From: a virus
Taxonomy: Duplodnaviria > Caudoviricetes
IMG/VR virus record: IMGVR_UViG_3300025128_004839
Span: 1 to 35,236 of that record
Reading direction: 5' to 3' (one strand)
Length of the DNA stretch: 35,236 bases
The notes below the pieces were generated by a model. It had not been told where the DNA came from. It made no database searches and saw only the letters and a program-made list of their open reading frames with translations. Position 1 is the stretch's first letter; each line of letters begins with the position of its first letter. The position numbers and the translations under genes were made by a program. This document shows, piece by piece, positions 33,765 through 35,236 of this stretch.

Positions 33765-34244
33765 TCATCGGGAGTGTTTCGCATATAGCTTCCTCACATT
33801 TTTAATCCAGTGCTGATTCAGTCCCGTAGGATCGTTATCCGCTCCAACGGGGCAGTAACGCTTGCCAAGGAATACCACAAACTCACCCTTAGAACCAGCC
33901 TTGACCCAACGGTCGTAGTTCTTCTGGACAGTGCAAGCACACTCGCCAGCCTGACGGCGATAGCCTCGATCCTTCGCATACTTGCTCAGGCATCCATACT
34001 CACGGCCAGCACGACCATTCTCAGCGTAACGAATAGCTGAGACGTAAGGTGCAAGCTTTGCACGAAGCTCAGGGCGAATGTTCACCTTGATAGCGTCATC
34101 AAAGAGAGCAGCCTTAGCCGTACCGTCTTTCTTGACGATGACATCCCGATAGGTTTGGGCACTAGCAACGCCACCAATGGCGACGATTGCGATGGTAAGC
34201 CAGAGGGCATAGCCCAACAGTGTAGTAGCGATGATTTTGATCAT
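33765..34244 (-). CDS. Exported lysozyme-fold/glucosaminidase-like protein
   Basis: Hydrophobic N-terminus, AIRYAENG (putative catalytic Glu), YCPVGADNDPTGLNQHWIKNV, ATGA-coupled start. Confidence 0.6.
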   Translation of the reverse strand: MIKIIATTLLGYALWLTIAIVAIGGVASAQTYRDVIVKKDGTAKAALFDDAIKVNIRPELRAKLAPYVSAIRYAENGRAGREYGCLSKYAKDRGYRRQAGECACTVQKNYDRWVKAGSKGEFVVFLGKRYCPVGADNDPTGLNQHWIKNVRKLYAKHSR

Positions 34245-34468
34245 AGGGAGCAATCTCCTTCTAGGACTTCGATTTGTTGGATGAGTTCAGCGATGGTGTG
34301 ACCATCCCAATACATCTCATCAGCCAGAGGCAGATATTTGTGCATATTGATACCTGCCACATGGCAAGCGTCTAGGAACTCGTCAAAGGTGAGATCTAGG
34401 CCAAGAGAGGCCAAGTGATCAGCACCTTGGAAGGCGCGTTCGATTGCAGTGTTTTCGTTGATGTTCAT
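34241..34468 (-). CDS. Acidic hypothetical protein
   Basis: Leaderless ORF. Confidence 0.75.
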   Translation of the reverse strand: MNINENTAIERAFQGADHLASLGLDLTFDEFLDACHVAGINMHKYLPLADEMYWDGHTIAELIQQIEVLEGDCSL

Positions 34469-34516
34469 GTGTGTATTATACCAAAGTTTGAGTGAATGTC
34501 AAGAGGAAAGGCCGAT

Positions 34517-34828
34517 TTACTCAGCCGCTGTGCCAAAGCGGTCGATGTAGCTCTGAGGGATAGGCAGAGCATTGTGCTTGCAGTGAGCAAGGTAATCGTC
34601 GTAGTCTAGAGCGACCTTCTGAGCAGCACCTCTAGGCGTGTCAGTTGAGACAAGCACAGAGTTGCCGAAGGGCTCAACACTCACAGAGTAAGCATTGTGC
34701 TTCTTCTCCATGGAGATGTAAAGCTCACCAACCTTGAGGAAGGGAACTTGAGTGATGCCAACGACAGCACCCTTAGGGGAAGAGACGAGACCACGACGGT
34801 CAACAGTGATATTTTGAATTTCTTTCAT
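34517..34828 (-). CDS. Hypothetical protein
   Basis: Leaderless ORF. Confidence 0.75.
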   Translation of the reverse strand: MKEIQNITVDRRGLVSSPKGAVVGITQVPFLKVGELYISMEKKHNAYSVSVEPFGNSVLVSTDTPRGAAQKVALDYDDYLAHCKHNALPIPQSYIDRFGTAAE

Positions 34829-34983
34829 GTGTATATTATACTCTCTGGAGAGGGGTTTGTCAAGTGTTAGTTCTGTTTTTCTTGGGGGCTTTTTCTCTCT
34901 CGTCTTGTGCCCCCATTATACTATATTATCGACCAAATGCAAGCAATACTTGAGGGAAATTTTGAGATTTCTCTATGAATGTG

Positions 34984-35030
34984 CGTAAGTGTATGTAAAC
35001 AAAGGACTTAGGACATTTCTCGCCGGACGA
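34984..35030. repeat. Palindromic element, copy 7 (diverged flank)
   Basis: TAAG-N17-CTTA starting 34986. Confidence 0.85.
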
Positions 35031-35041
35031 TTTCGCGCCGT

Positions 35042-35176
35042 GGGACTCCTGATCCGTCTGGCGAACCCCCATAGACACACGAAGTAAAATAGCTAGGGAC
35101 TCCAAAAAATTCTAAAAAGGTAGAAGGGACTCCAAAAAAATTGGGACTCCTAACCGTGAGAAGCTAGGAGTCCCAA
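35042..35176. repeat. GGGACTCC repeat cluster
   Basis: Direct copies at 35042, 35096, 35126 and 35143, inverted copy at 35167. The last two form a perfect 12-bp inverted repeat. Confidence 0.85.
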
Positions 35177-35236
35177 AAGGAATCGACGGGGGTTTTATTC
35201 CTTGTTAACTGTAATCGTGCCTAGTGACATCGTATT

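Larger units (their letters stand above)
26091..34942 (-). promoter_or_regulatory. Array of 22 sigma70-type early promoters
   Basis: TATAAT boxes (lowest coordinate) at 26091, 26821, 27563, 27858, 27978, 28791, 29245, 29399, 30443, 30683, 30813, 31642, 32100, 32251, 32425, 32913, 33283, 33460, 33562, 34475, 34835, 34915. Each has TTGACA (or TTGAAA/TTGCAA/TTGCAT) 16-17 nt upstream. Confidence 0.9.

Noticed and set aside
26196-34040. + strand ORF-track entries in the early region (e.g. 26714-27169, 27462-27893, 32872-33507)
   Set aside because: They are antisense shadows of promoter-supported - strand genes and RNAs
26885-35012. Repeats as a CRISPR array or integron attC sites
   Set aside because: Spacing is over 1 kb, copies are degenerate, there are no RYYYAAC/GTTRRRY ends, and no cas or integrase gene is in the window

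Overview
This window looks like a segment of a large, probably lytic, bacteriophage genome. No structural or terminase gene is present, so the phage call rests on gene content and organisation. 1-11.4 kb is a + strand glycan cluster (several glycosyltransferases, gmd, fcl, FdtA-like cupin, DegT aminotransferase, methyltransferases, dUTPase). 11.4-25.2 kb is + strand and holds a type II glutamine synthetase, RecA/UvsX, DUF932, a single-module Clp ATPase, six tRNAs, dCMP deaminase, an endonuclease V-like glycosylase, a sigma factor and GroES. 25.2-25.7 kb is a repeat-rich non-coding strand-switch region, a candidate origin. 25.7-35.2 kb is a - strand 'early'-type region. It has 22 near-consensus sigma70 promoters, 17 of them leaderless, driving very small genes, and it is partitioned by seven copies of a palindromic TAAG-N17-CTTA element. 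This last region is also rich in structured RNA genes. The most striking is an 81-nt 'mini-tmRNA' made only of the tRNA-like domain (27110-27190). It is followed by a 140-nt structured RNA, and 4 kb away lie a pistol-like ribozyme and a 223-nt structured RNA containing a tmRNA-tag-like mini reading frame. All calls are by eye, with no database searches or folding programs.
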